Shown: one piece after another, positions 29,886 to 39,665 of the stretch
Numbering within the stretch: position 1 is the stretch's first letter
Layout: each line of letters begins with the position of its first letter
NCBI GenBank assembly: GCA_963796455.1
Contig: CAWCLO010000004.1
Span: 1,216,001-1,280,000 of the forward strand
Direction of reading: 5' to 3'
Source of the DNA: Candidatus Sulfomarinibacteraceae bacterium
Lineage (GTDB): Bacteria; Acidobacteriota; Thermoanaerobaculia; Thermoanaerobaculales; Sulfomarinibacteraceae
DNA: 64,000 bases
Notes under the pieces: model-generated
What the model was told of the DNA's origin: nothing
Databases searched by the model: none
Seen by the model: only the letters and a program-made list of their open reading frames with translations
Made by a program: the position numbers and the translations under genes

Positions 29886-30124
29886 CGGAGAAACCGCAGA
29901 TAGCGCAGATCGACGCAGATAGAAATGAATCGGTGGACGATTCAAAAAGACCGAGTTCTCCGAAACATCGCCTCATGTTGCTCCTAGCGGAGCTGTCCTC
30001 AAAGGCTGTTTCGATCCTTCAAATGACCGGTCCGATATCTGCGCTCATCTGCGTGATCTGCGGTTTCTCCGGAGATGAGTATCCCGGCCGAAATCCGAAT
30101 TCCGAATTCCCGAATCCGAAATCC
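29886..30124. repeat. Inverted-repeat element with CGCAGAT-containing arms (29886-30071) plus (A/T)ATCCGA-type heptamer array
   Basis: Perfect 16-bp terminal IR CGGAGAAACCGCAGAT/ATCTGCGGTTTCTCCG; homolog at 59732-59834. Confidence 0.88.
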
Positions 30125-31501
30125 TCAGCCGCTGCTCTCTCCCTCCACCGTTGTCCCGTCGGAGAGAGTCAGATGCCATTGCAGCCGGACCCGGCTTCGA
30201 CCAGACGGCACCCGGATGGAGCCGCTCACGACTTCTTCTCCAGGCGCCAGATAGACCTCGAAGAAGCGAGCGGCGTTGACTCGATTGAGGTTGCCCTGTT
30301 CCCATTTTGAATGGTTGAAGGTGCCTAGATCGATCCGCTCGAACGAACCCTTGCTGTCCGCCACGATCCAACCTTCATCGACCGAAATCTGGATCCAATT
30401 GCCGAAGTTTGCAACTGCGGATGCAAAGGGGCTCGAGTTGGTCAATCGGATCCGCATGGTCCGACCGTTGCGATCCAAACGCACCTGAATATCAGGTTCG
30501 GGGCCGAATCCTTCGAGATAGTGAAGAAGGGTCTCCTGCGGCAAACCCAGCCCGAGATCATCCGGTGGCAGCACGACCAGGTCCCAACCCGCAACCTCGG
30601 GCAAAACGAGGCGATGGATCTCCTGCAACGACTGGTTCAATTTCGCGGCGTCCATCCATCGAACCGCGACGGAGTCCCCCTTCTGCCAACGCTTGCCGCT
30701 CCACGTCGCCGGTTTTTCAAAGTTGAAGGACCGATCGAGTGGCGAGGTCGTGGAGACGGTCGTCACCTGCCCCTCCGTCAAGGGATCCAGGTCTTCGAGC
30801 GCCGTATTCAATTCGGGAAGCGTCCTTGGTCCGATAACCACCGCCGGCCGTACCCGCACATCCGAGTCGGCGATCGGCGCCAGCTTTTCTGCCAATGCAA
30901 GCGGGCCGAGCTCCCGGACACCACGAAGATCGGCTTCGTCGGTTCCAAATGAGGGCACGATGCACACCCGCGCAGCCTCGGCCACAAGACGCCCCTGCTC
31001 GGTCTGCAGTTGTTCGAAACTCAGAATCGGAACAACCGCAACCCCTGAGGCCTCTGTCAGGGAGACGATGAAGCCGTCGATTCCTTCAACCAGGTGCGGA
31101 AAATCCAGAATGATCTCTGCCGGGATAAAGCTCCCGAATTCCGCCGCCAAACCCCTCCACACCGCCTCGGCATCAGCCGAGTCGAGATCGGGTCGAACGC
31201 CTTCGACCTCGAGCGCTACGGCAAGAGGGATCGCACCCTCCACCGCCACTGCCGGGAGCAGCCGGAGCACCGGGGCGCGACCTCCGAGGTCGATGCTCCC
31301 GCGGCGGATGACGACCTGGTCGACACCAGCGTTCTTCAGCTTCGCCGCCGTGTCGCCGTCAAGCCCGGTGGAACCGAGCCACATCACCAGACGCCGCGGC
31401 GACGGCGCGACCTCCTGAAATGTCGGATGGTCTCCTCCGCAACCGAACAGACCGGTGAGCAAAAAAACCGCGGTGATGGATTTCAGGAAATGCACCCTCA
31501 T
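30125..31501 (-). CDS. Hypothetical lipoprotein
   Basis: MRVHFLKSITAVFLLTGLFGC lipobox; ATGA overlap with upstream kinase stop. Confidence 0.8.
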   Translation of the reverse strand: MRVHFLKSITAVFLLTGLFGCGGDHPTFQEVAPSPRRLVMWLGSTGLDGDTAAKLKNAGVDQVVIRRGSIDLGGRAPVLRLLPAVAVEGAIPLAVALEVEGVRPDLDSADAEAVWRGLAAEFGSFIPAEIILDFPHLVEGIDGFIVSLTEASGVAVVPILSFEQLQTEQGRLVAEAARVCIVPSFGTDEADLRGVRELGPLALAEKLAPIADSDVRVRPAVVIGPRTLPELNTALEDLDPLTEGQVTTVSTTSPLDRSFNFEKPATWSGKRWQKGDSVAVRWMDAAKLNQSLQEIHRLVLPEVAGWDLVVLPPDDLGLGLPQETLLHYLEGFGPEPDIQVRLDRNGRTMRIRLTNSSPFASAVANFGNWIQISVDEGWIVADSKGSFERIDLGTFNHSKWEQGNLNRVNAARFFEVYLAPGEEVVSGSIRVPSGRSRVRLQWHLTLSDGTTVEGESSG

Positions 31502-34500
31502 GGTTTCATCGTAACAAACAGATCGGTTTCTTCGGGAGAGGAGGGAAACTCGAGGCGGACTCTGAGGCCTCGCTCGCCATTGGCCGCCTGAACGCGGCCC
31601 TGGCACCGGGTCACCACCTGAAGTACCAGAGCGAGACCGAGACCGCTGCCCGAGGAGGTCGTAGAAAAGTGTGGCACGAAAAGCTCGGTAAGCTGACTCT
31701 CGGGCACACCTCCAGCGGTGTCTTCCACTTCCAACACGACCATGTCGCGCTGGCACGACAAACGGATCATCACCTCTCCGGTGCCACCACCCAGGGCCTG
31801 CACACTGTTTTGCACCAGATTCGAGATCGCGCGTTCGACCCACCGTCGGTCGGCGGTAATGGCGGGAGGTTTGGGCGAGCTGATCTCCCGCTTGAACCGA
31901 ATGCCGCTTCGTTCGAGAATCTCGGACCCGCTTGGAATCAAGGCGACGATTCGAGCAAGATCCACGGGCTCCGGCTCCCACTTTTCCAGTGCGACAAGAT
32001 TCGAAAATGAGTTGGCGGTCTCACGCAGTCGATCGACCTGAATCCCGATTTCGCGACAGGCTTCGTCGAGCAACTGCGGCAATGAAGGATCCTGTTTTTC
32101 GGCCGCCGCCTGAAGCTCCTGGACCCACAATCGGATCGGGGTCAAGGGGTTTTTGACTTCGTGAGCAACGATTCGGGCCATCTGATTGAGTTGCCGCACC
32201 CGGTCGGCGCTGACCAGTTCCGTCACGTCGTCAACCACTGCGACCAGCCCGCGGGCCCCGTCGGCAAACGGCACACCTGCGACGCTGATTCGCCAGGTCA
32301 ACTCCCGTCCCGGTACGGGTTGCACAGTTGCGGCTGCGGATCCTCCGACGGAGGCGGTTTCAACGACAGCATCGACCTGGCGACGGAAGAGCTCGCCAAA
32401 TTCGTCGCGAAGCCTTTCCGCACTCGGGTTGCTATAGCGTTCCCCGCCCTCCGGTCCAAGAACAACCACCGCGGGCTCGAGGGTTCTCAGGGTGATCCTG
32501 AGCATTTCTTCCTGCAGACGCAGATTTTTCTCGCGGCGCTGGACCTGTTCGTTCATCGAGCCGACGGCGTCGAGAACCTCCGCCAGATCGGTTTCACGGG
32601 GACGCGGCAAGGGTCCCACCGGTTCACCATCGACGAGTTTTCGCGACAGGATAACGAGCTCTCGAAGCGAAGAGCTCAGTCGCCGTTCGATCCGATTGGT
32701 GAGAACCAACGCAGCGAGAGCAGATAGGAGCGCACCGGTGAGGAGCCAGTCGGCAGCGCCCAGGTCGCTGCCGGCCCGTTTGGGCACGGAGCGATACATA
32801 TGAAGGAGGAGGCGCATTCCCTGCATCTCGACCGGCCCGGCAACAACCAGACGTTCACCCGACCTCATGACCACCGGTTCGTCCCGACCAAGCAGGTACG
32901 GTGGGTAGGCCTCCGCCTGCGGCAACTGGGGCAACGCGCCGGTGCTCACCAGATCCGGCCGCGAGGCGGCCAGGAGGCGGGTTCCCTCCCACAAAGCAAC
33001 CTCGCCTCCCCATCCCGCAGCGATCCAACGGGCGAGTTCGTCATCGATGGCAAAGCTGCCGCCGAGGTGGACCGCGGTATAACGCGCCGCTTTGAGCGCC
33101 TCGAGACCCCGATCGCTCACGATCTGATCTTCCTGCGTCGTGATGCGCTGGTGGAGCACCATGGTGAGAATGGCGAGGGGCACCACAACCCCGCCGGCCA
33201 CCAACAAACGCAGACGTCCGCCAAAGGTGGAGAAATCCTGCGCTCTGAGCAACGGGGGCATCGCCAGAACCGTGCCGAGCACAGCCCACAGAAGAGCAAG
33301 CGCCGTTCGGACCAACCAATCCGAGAGGGAGGGCTGATTCGTGACGGCTGCAACCAGCCACTCACCGTTGCGATCCACCCGCGTAAGTCTCCGTTCGTTT
33401 CCGACATCGATTCTGGTCCAGCCGCCCCCTTCATGAAAGAGTTCACCCGCCGTCTCGGTATCGAGGGCCCGGATTTCCCGGTGGACACTGGCCGCGATCT
33501 CCCCGGAGCGGGTCAGAACTGCGGACCAGACCTCCCTTTCGTGGGCGTCTTCGAGGGGCAGGCCCGACTGCCAGTCGCGCAGCCAACCCCACGGTTCGGC
33601 CGCAACAAGAAGCTCGAGCCGGTGGCCCTCGAGCTCGTCAACCTGCCATTCACGAACCAGCCGAATGGACTCACCGGCCGGCATCAGATCGCCCCAACGA
33701 CTGACTTCGTAGCCCTCATCGTCGAGGAGCCTCAACTCCGATGGAGTTTGCCATTGGTCCAGGTGCCAACGTCGCGCCAGAACTGCCGTGAGATCAAACA
33801 AATTAGTATCGGCGCTGTCGGCGGGCATGAGCCGGTCGGCAAGCAGCGGGCCGCGCGGCAGGGCGACCCTGCGCGCCAAGGAACCATTGTCATCAAGATC
33901 AACCGGTACCCGGACCATCCCAAGGAAGAGACCGAGCCCGGCCAATACACCCGCCGCAGCAAGCCTTCTACCGAGCACGAAGTTCGATCGATTCAACCCC
34001 GGCCAGCCAACCAGCAGCCAGGCCAGAGCGATCATCCATACTCCACCCCAGCCCGCACGACCGAGATGTTCAGGGAGCCAGGTGAAGCGCTCGACAGGAT
34101 CTCCGAAAACGGCCGCTGCCGAGGCGGCCGCAAAGGCTCCGATCACCAGCGTTCTCGACCATCGAGGTTCGAGAATCCTCGCCAACCGGCTGATCGCCGC
34201 CGCGACGAGAAGCACCGCGATTGCCGCCGCCAGATCTGATGGCGGACCATCCGCGGCGAGCAATGACCCGGTTCCGACAATGGTCACCAACCAGGCGATT
34301 CGGGCCTCGAGCGAGATCGCAAGAACAGCCGCTACCAGCCATGAGATCCAGCGAAAGCTCGCCGACGCGCCGGCACCTTCACGGAGACTCGCGACAGCCA
34401 CGCCGACACCGGGACTCGATTCGGCGCGGATCATCGTTGCAACCGGCCAGGTCCCACCGATCCCGAGATGATGGCCCCTCGAAGCCGTCATCCCCCAGAC

Positions 34501-35121
34501 CGTGGATCCGGCCAATGAGCTGTGGTCCGAAACCACCACCGCTCCGATCAGGCGCCCTTCAACCAGCATGGGCTCGCGAAGCCAGAGGTCGGCGCCACCG
34601 AGAGACCATGCGATGCCCCATTGCCGTTGCCCAAGTGGCCGCACATTATGTGGGAATGATTGCCCGGAACCGCCCCAGGCCACCACTGCGCCACGATCAT
34701 CAATCAGAAAAATGGTTCTGCCATCGATGCCGCCTGCCACCCCATGCAGGGTTTCGAACGGGAGTGCTGGATCGATTGCTTCGCCCGTCGCACCGAGCAG
34801 ACGCAGTAGCATCGGGTCGGCGGCCAGGCCCTCGCCGACGGCAAGCATTCCCCTGCTGTGATTTTCGAGTTGCCGAGCCAGGCGTTCGGCCGGGGGATCT
34901 TCCGCCGCCGGCCAGAGTGCACCCAACAATGCGATCGCAACCGGCACCCATGGCAACCAACTCAGCCTTCGCGGTCGGGCCAGCGCCAGCAAACCGGCGC
35001 AGAGCACGATGATTGCCCAGGCCGCAGGTTCCCAACCGGGCCACGGCCCGCAGACAACCAGCGCCACGAGCGCCAGCAACCAGGACTTCAGAGATCCGGA
35101 TTGTTCCGGTGTTTCTTTCAC
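31498..35121 (-). CDS. Large multi-TM sensor histidine kinase (NtrY-like C-terminus with HAMP/PAS-like region)
   Basis: VAHEVKNPLTPI, NLVQNS, EDTAGG, FVPHFST, GSGLGL; start uncertain (GTG 35121). Confidence 0.88.
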   Translation of the reverse strand: MKETPEQSGSLKSWLLALVALVVCGPWPGWEPAAWAIIVLCAGLLALARPRRLSWLPWVPVAIALLGALWPAAEDPPAERLARQLENHSRGMLAVGEGLAADPMLLRLLGATGEAIDPALPFETLHGVAGGIDGRTIFLIDDRGAVVAWGGSGQSFPHNVRPLGQRQWGIAWSLGGADLWLREPMLVEGRLIGAVVVSDHSSLAGSTVWGMTASRGHHLGIGGTWPVATMIRAESSPGVGVAVASLREGAGASASFRWISWLVAAVLAISLEARIAWLVTIVGTGSLLAADGPPSDLAAAIAVLLVAAAISRLARILEPRWSRTLVIGAFAAASAAAVFGDPVERFTWLPEHLGRAGWGGVWMIALAWLLVGWPGLNRSNFVLGRRLAAAGVLAGLGLFLGMVRVPVDLDDNGSLARRVALPRGPLLADRLMPADSADTNLFDLTAVLARRWHLDQWQTPSELRLLDDEGYEVSRWGDLMPAGESIRLVREWQVDELEGHRLELLVAAEPWGWLRDWQSGLPLEDAHEREVWSAVLTRSGEIAASVHREIRALDTETAGELFHEGGGWTRIDVGNERRLTRVDRNGEWLVAAVTNQPSLSDWLVRTALALLWAVLGTVLAMPPLLRAQDFSTFGGRLRLLVAGGVVVPLAILTMVLHQRITTQEDQIVSDRGLEALKAARYTAVHLGGSFAIDDELARWIAAGWGGEVALWEGTRLLAASRPDLVSTGALPQLPQAEAYPPYLLGRDEPVVMRSGERLVVAGPVEMQGMRLLLHMYRSVPKRAGSDLGAADWLLTGALLSALAALVLTNRIERRLSSSLRELVILSRKLVDGEPVGPLPRPRETDLAEVLDAVGSMNEQVQRREKNLRLQEEMLRITLRTLEPAVVVLGPEGGERYSNPSAERLRDEFGELFRRQVDAVVETASVGGSAAATVQPVPGRELTWRISVAGVPFADGARGLVAVVDDVTELVSADRVRQLNQMARIVAHEVKNPLTPIRLWVQELQAAAEKQDPSLPQLLDEACREIGIQVDRLRETANSFSNLVALEKWEPEPVDLARIVALIPSGSEILERSGIRFKREISSPKPPAITADRRWVERAISNLVQNSVQALGGGTGEVMIRLSCQRDMVVLEVEDTAGGVPESQLTELFVPHFSTTSSGSGLGLALVLQVVTRCQGRVQAANGERGLRVRLEFPSSPEETDLFVTMKP

Positions 35122-35224
35122 TGTGGTGAGTATATCTCTGGCAGCAATTCTCAGCAGAACGACCCGCGGTGGAATGTCGATTCCCAAACGTCGGTGATCC
35201 ACCTGACCGATGGTTGCGATGACA

Positions 35225-35312
35225 TTCCTAATTCCGAAATCCTAATTCCGAAATCCGAAATCCGAATTCCGAAATCCTAATTCCGAACTCCTGAACTCCG
35301 AACTCCGAACTC
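35225..35312. repeat. Heptamer tandem array (TTCCTAA/TTCCGAA/ATCCGAA/CTCCGAA variants)
   Basis: About 12 units read directly, abutting the pepP stop. Confidence 0.9.
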
Positions 35313-35316
35313 ATGA

Positions 35317-36633
35317 TCACTTGTTCCGCATCATCTCCTCGATCTCATCCGCCGCGGTCGGCAGATCAGATGACAGATTTTCCGCGCCATCCGCGGTAAT
35401 CAGGAAATCGTTCTCGATCCGGACTCCAAGCGCCTCGGCCGGTATATAGATTCCCGGCTCATTGGTGACCACCATGCCCGGCAGCAGGAGCGCCTCATCG
35501 GCCGCCCCCGGATCGTGGGCATCCAGTCCCAGCTGGTGGCCGAGACCATGGATGAAGTACTGCCCCATCTTGCCGCCGTCGGCATCGCGAACCGGCGAGT
35601 CCTCGAAGACGGCATAGGCGATCTTGCGAAGATCGAAGACCGATACTCCGGGCCTCATCGCCTCAGCAGCCCGGTCGTGGGCTTCGAGCACGAGATCGTA
35701 AACCTCGCGTTGGCGGTCGCTGAAACGACCGTTGGCCGGGTAGGTCCTGGTCAGATCGCCGCAGTAGTAGCCATATCGCGCACCGATGTCCACCACCACG
35801 AGTTCACCGTCCGAGCAGGTGTCCACATTCTGGTCGTAGTGCAGCGTGGTGGCGTTATATCCCGAACCGACGATCGATGGGAAGGCCAGGCCCTCCGCGC
35901 CGGCTGCCCGGAAGGCTGCATAGACCGCGCCATCGACCACGCCTTCACCGAGCCCCGGCGCGATGGTCATTGCTGCCTGTCGTTGGCCGTCGATGGTCGC
36001 AGCAATGGCCTTCCGCATGAGCGTGACCTCGCCCTCGTCTTTGCTCACTCTGAGTGCGCTGATCATGCCACCCACGTCCCTCGTCGCAAAACTCGGCATG
36101 CGCTCACTGAGCCGCGCCAGAAACCGGTGCGTCACCGGCAGTTCGGATGACGATCCGACGGGCTCGAGGATGGTGCACAATGCCGCATCGGGTTCAGCCA
36201 ACCAACCCTGGAGTCGTCCTTCAAATCCCGGAACCGGTCTCCTCCGCGCATCGAGGACCATCTCAGATGGTGCCGTCGAGAGCACTTTACTGAAACCGAG
36301 TGCCTCCGCCGCTTCGTCCCCGGGCCCCCACTTGGGTCCCGTCCACCGTTCGACATTTTCGTCGCGGGGGGGAAGAAACAAGATGTCTCCATTTTCTTCC
36401 CCGGGTCGCAAGACGACGATAGCGTTCGGCAACTCCACCCCGCTGAGATAAAAGAAATTCGAATCCTGGCGGAATGTTCCGACGTCGCCGTAGCCGCGAT
36501 CATCGCCCGAACCCCAGATCACGATGGTGCCCTTGCCGACCTTTTCAGCCAACCGGCGTCTTCTATCGCGATAGATTTCCTTGGGTTGAAGTTCGGCTGC
36601 GTAGTTCCCGCCTCGCATGTCTTTCTTGCCCAT
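35317..36633 (-). CDS. pepP: Xaa-Pro aminopeptidase (M24B)
   Basis: FRQDSNFFYLSG, LHY, DIG..DLTRT, HGLGH.LGLDAHD, NEPGIY, RIEND. Confidence 0.92.
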   Translation of the reverse strand: MGKKDMRGGNYAAELQPKEIYRDRRRRLAEKVGKGTIVIWGSGDDRGYGDVGTFRQDSNFFYLSGVELPNAIVVLRPGEENGDILFLPPRDENVERWTGPKWGPGDEAAEALGFSKVLSTAPSEMVLDARRRPVPGFEGRLQGWLAEPDAALCTILEPVGSSSELPVTHRFLARLSERMPSFATRDVGGMISALRVSKDEGEVTLMRKAIAATIDGQRQAAMTIAPGLGEGVVDGAVYAAFRAAGAEGLAFPSIVGSGYNATTLHYDQNVDTCSDGELVVVDIGARYGYYCGDLTRTYPANGRFSDRQREVYDLVLEAHDRAAEAMRPGVSVFDLRKIAYAVFEDSPVRDADGGKMGQYFIHGLGHQLGLDAHDPGAADEALLLPGMVVTNEPGIYIPAEALGVRIENDFLITADGAENLSSDLPTAADEIEEMMRNK

Positions 36634-36694
36634 TCGATCCTCCAAGTAGTGCTGCGGCAGTCTACTTGGACGGAAAGCCGAATCCAACCTCGTC

Positions 36695-36787
36695 GAGGCT
36701 TGGGACCTGAGGCGTGGGGCTCGGGCTTACGAAGTCCTGGATGAATCTTAAGAACCTTCAAGTCCCAAGCCACAAGCCCCAAGCCTC
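36695..36787. repeat. Inverted degenerate heptamer arms (GAGGCTTGGG...CCCAAGCCTC) between divergent genes
   Basis: 10-bp terminal IR; CAAGCC(A/C/T) units. Confidence 0.7.
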
Positions 36788-36846
36788 CGGTTTGTTGTTC
36801 TACAATCACTCAGCCGAGCGGAGGGCGCCGGCGTTTTGGAGGCTTC

Positions 36847-39462
36847 ATGAGAGCTCTTGTCGCAGTTTTGGCAATCATCCTGAGTTCGCCATTTGTTTTT
36901 GCATCCACGATCCCGACTCCGATCGAAGCCTTCGGCCATCAGGTCGGGGCCGATCACAAGATGATTCCCTACTCGGACGTTCTCGATTACCTCTCGACGG
37001 TGGCTGCGGCCTCCGACCGGGTGTCCATCGAAGACGCGGGTAAGTCGACTCTCGACAACCCGATGCGTGTTGTCGTTCTGACCTCCCCGGACAACCAGAA
37101 GAATCTCGAGCGAATTCGCGAGATCGCCCGCAAGATCGCCCGACCGGGTGATCTTTCGGAAGCCGAATCTCAGGCCTTGATCGACGAGGGCAAGGTCATC
37201 GCCCTGGTCACCCTCTCCATCCACTCCACCGAGGTGGGCAGCACCCAGATGATCTCCGAGTTCGTGCACGACTTCGCCACCACCGATGACCCGGAAAAGC
37301 TCGCGTGGATGGACGAGGCAGTCCTGATTGTCATGCCCTCGATCAACCCCGACGGGCAGGTGATGGTGGTCGACTGGTACAACGAATGGTTGGGCACCGA
37401 GTACGAGGGCGGCCGTATGCCGTGGCTCTATCACCACTACGTCGGCCATGACAACAACCGCGACTTTTACATGCTCACCCAAAAGGAAACCAAGATCGTC
37501 AACCAGGTGCTCTACCACCGCTGGTTTCCACAGTCCTTCCTCGACGAACACCAGATGGGTTCCACCGGGCCCCGGATGTTCGTGCCGCCGCAGACCGATC
37601 CACTGAATGACGAAGTGCATTCGCTGGTCTTCCGCCAGGCCGACATTCTCGGCACCAACATGAGCTTCCGACTCGAAGAAAACGAAAAAACCGGTGTCGG
37701 CCACAACATGATCTTCGATAGTTACTGGCCGGGCGGCACCCGCAACACAGCTTGGTGGAAAAACGTCACCGGTCTCCTCACCGAGGTGGCAAGCGTCCGC
37801 ATCGCCAGCCCCATCTATGTGGATCCCGGCGAGCTCCGCGGCGGCGGTAAGGGCTTTCCAGAATACGGACGCCGCTCCAACTTCCCCTCGCCCTGGCCCG
37901 GCGGATGGTGGCGTCTCCGCGACATCGTCGAGTACGAGCTCATCGCCACCTGGGCGTACCTCGAGGCCAATGCCGAAAACCGCAAATCGATACTGAGCAA
38001 CGTCAACCGCATGGCACGGTGGTCCATCAACAACGGCAAAAACGGGCCGCCTTACGGCTGGATCGTTCCCCCGGGACAACACGACCCGGTGGCCGCAGCA
38101 AAGATGGTGGATCTCCTGATCGAGCACGGTATCGAGGTGAGCACCGCAACGGAGCCGGTCACCGTCGGTTTCTCGGTCTATCCCGCCGGCACGACGGTCA
38201 TCTCGGCGGCTCAGCCCTATCGACCGTTCCTCCTGACGATGTTGCGTCCGCAGCGCTACCCCGAGGTCAAGAACGCCACGGACGGAGGCATTCTGGCTCC
38301 TTATGACGTGGCCACATGGTCGTTGCCCATCTCCATGGGAGTGGATGTCGTGGAAGCTGATGTGCCCATTGACGCCGCCCTCACCACCCTGGACAAGGCC
38401 GTTCAACCGACGCCGCGGATTGATGGTGCCGCCGCCGGCCACCTGATTCCCGCGTCCGCCGACAGTGTTTATCCGGCCATCAACCGGCTGCTCGCCGACG
38501 GCCGAAAGGTCTACCGCCTGGCTGCCGATTCCGAAGACGGAACCCGTGGCGACGTCTATATCCCCGCGGGCGAGATCCGTCCCGGCAAACTGGAAAAAAT
38601 GGCCGGGGAGCTTCACCTGCCGGTGGAGCCGCTGGCCGAGGCGCCGGCGGGCGAGCTCCTGACGATTGCCGGGGGTCGTGTCGGCCTCTTCAAGCCTTGG
38701 GTCGCCAGCATGGACGAAGGCTGGACGCGCTTCGTGCTCGAAAACTACGAATTTCCGCTGACGACGGTCCCGAACGAGATGATCCGATCCGGCGGATTCA
38801 CCGACGAGGTGGATGTGCTGCTCTTCCCCGATGTGGACCCCTCGATCATCGCCCGCGGCAAACCCGATCCCGGGGGCCGAAGAGCGCGCTATTTTTCTCC
38901 CCTGCCCCCTAAATACAGCGGTGGCATCGACCACTGGGATGCGGACAACGGCGACGAAAAGAAGACAAAGGGCGGAAAACAGATCAAAGACTGGGTCGAG
39001 AACGGCGGCACGGTGGTCGCTCTGGATTCATCGACCGAGTACTTCATCGATCTCTTCAGCCTCCCGGTGAGCAACGTGCTGGACAAGGTCTCGCGCGACA
39101 GCTTCAACTGCCCGGGCTCGGCCCTCAAGGTCCACATGAACACCTCGAGCCCGTTGAGCTTTGGCATGGAGGACGAAGAGGCTGTCTACTTCGGCAGCTC
39201 GCCGGCCTTTCAGACCAGGGTGCCCGACGCCCGTTTCGGCCGAACGGTGGTCGCCCGCTACCCTGACGACCACCAGGACATCCTCGTGAGTGGTTTTCTC
39301 GAAGGCGCCAAACTGCTCGAAAAGAAGGCCGCCATGGTGGAGTTCACCGTCGGCAAGGGCCGTGTGATCCTGATCGGTTTCCGCGCCCAGCACCGGGCCC
39401 AGCCACTGCGAACATTTAAACTGCTTTTCAATTCTCTCTACGACCTGGAGGCCTCGGAGTAA
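36847..39462 (+). CDS. Secreted M14 zinc carboxypeptidase family protein
   Basis: Signal peptide; HSTE, NPDG, DNNRD, DEHQM motifs; C-terminal SMDEGWTRFVLE domain. Confidence 0.9.
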   Translation: MRALVAVLAIILSSPFVFASTIPTPIEAFGHQVGADHKMIPYSDVLDYLSTVAAASDRVSIEDAGKSTLDNPMRVVVLTSPDNQKNLERIREIARKIARPGDLSEAESQALIDEGKVIALVTLSIHSTEVGSTQMISEFVHDFATTDDPEKLAWMDEAVLIVMPSINPDGQVMVVDWYNEWLGTEYEGGRMPWLYHHYVGHDNNRDFYMLTQKETKIVNQVLYHRWFPQSFLDEHQMGSTGPRMFVPPQTDPLNDEVHSLVFRQADILGTNMSFRLEENEKTGVGHNMIFDSYWPGGTRNTAWWKNVTGLLTEVASVRIASPIYVDPGELRGGGKGFPEYGRRSNFPSPWPGGWWRLRDIVEYELIATWAYLEANAENRKSILSNVNRMARWSINNGKNGPPYGWIVPPGQHDPVAAAKMVDLLIEHGIEVSTATEPVTVGFSVYPAGTTVISAAQPYRPFLLTMLRPQRYPEVKNATDGGILAPYDVATWSLPISMGVDVVEADVPIDAALTTLDKAVQPTPRIDGAAAGHLIPASADSVYPAINRLLADGRKVYRLAADSEDGTRGDVYIPAGEIRPGKLEKMAGELHLPVEPLAEAPAGELLTIAGGRVGLFKPWVASMDEGWTRFVLENYEFPLTTVPNEMIRSGGFTDEVDVLLFPDVDPSIIARGKPDPGGRRARYFSPLPPKYSGGIDHWDADNGDEKKTKGGKQIKDWVENGGTVVALDSSTEYFIDLFSLPVSNVLDKVSRDSFNCPGSALKVHMNTSSPLSFGMEDEEAVYFGSSPAFQTRVPDARFGRTVVARYPDDHQDILVSGFLEGAKLLEKKAAMVEFTVGKGRVILIGFRAQHRAQPLRTFKLLFNSLYDLEASE

Positions 39463-39665
39463 AACCGTTCAAATCGACTGGTCCTGCTTCGACTCGTTCC
39501 ATCTCCGTTGGTTGAGATGTTGAACGCCGGGAAGACGGGAGGCTGAGGATAAAGGATGGGTCATTTGATCATCGCCAGATCACCGTCCGTGTCCTCGATC
39601 TTGCAACAGCAGCCCGAAACCCCCAATATTCAGATGTGGTGACGCTGCGAAAAAAGGGGGACTCA

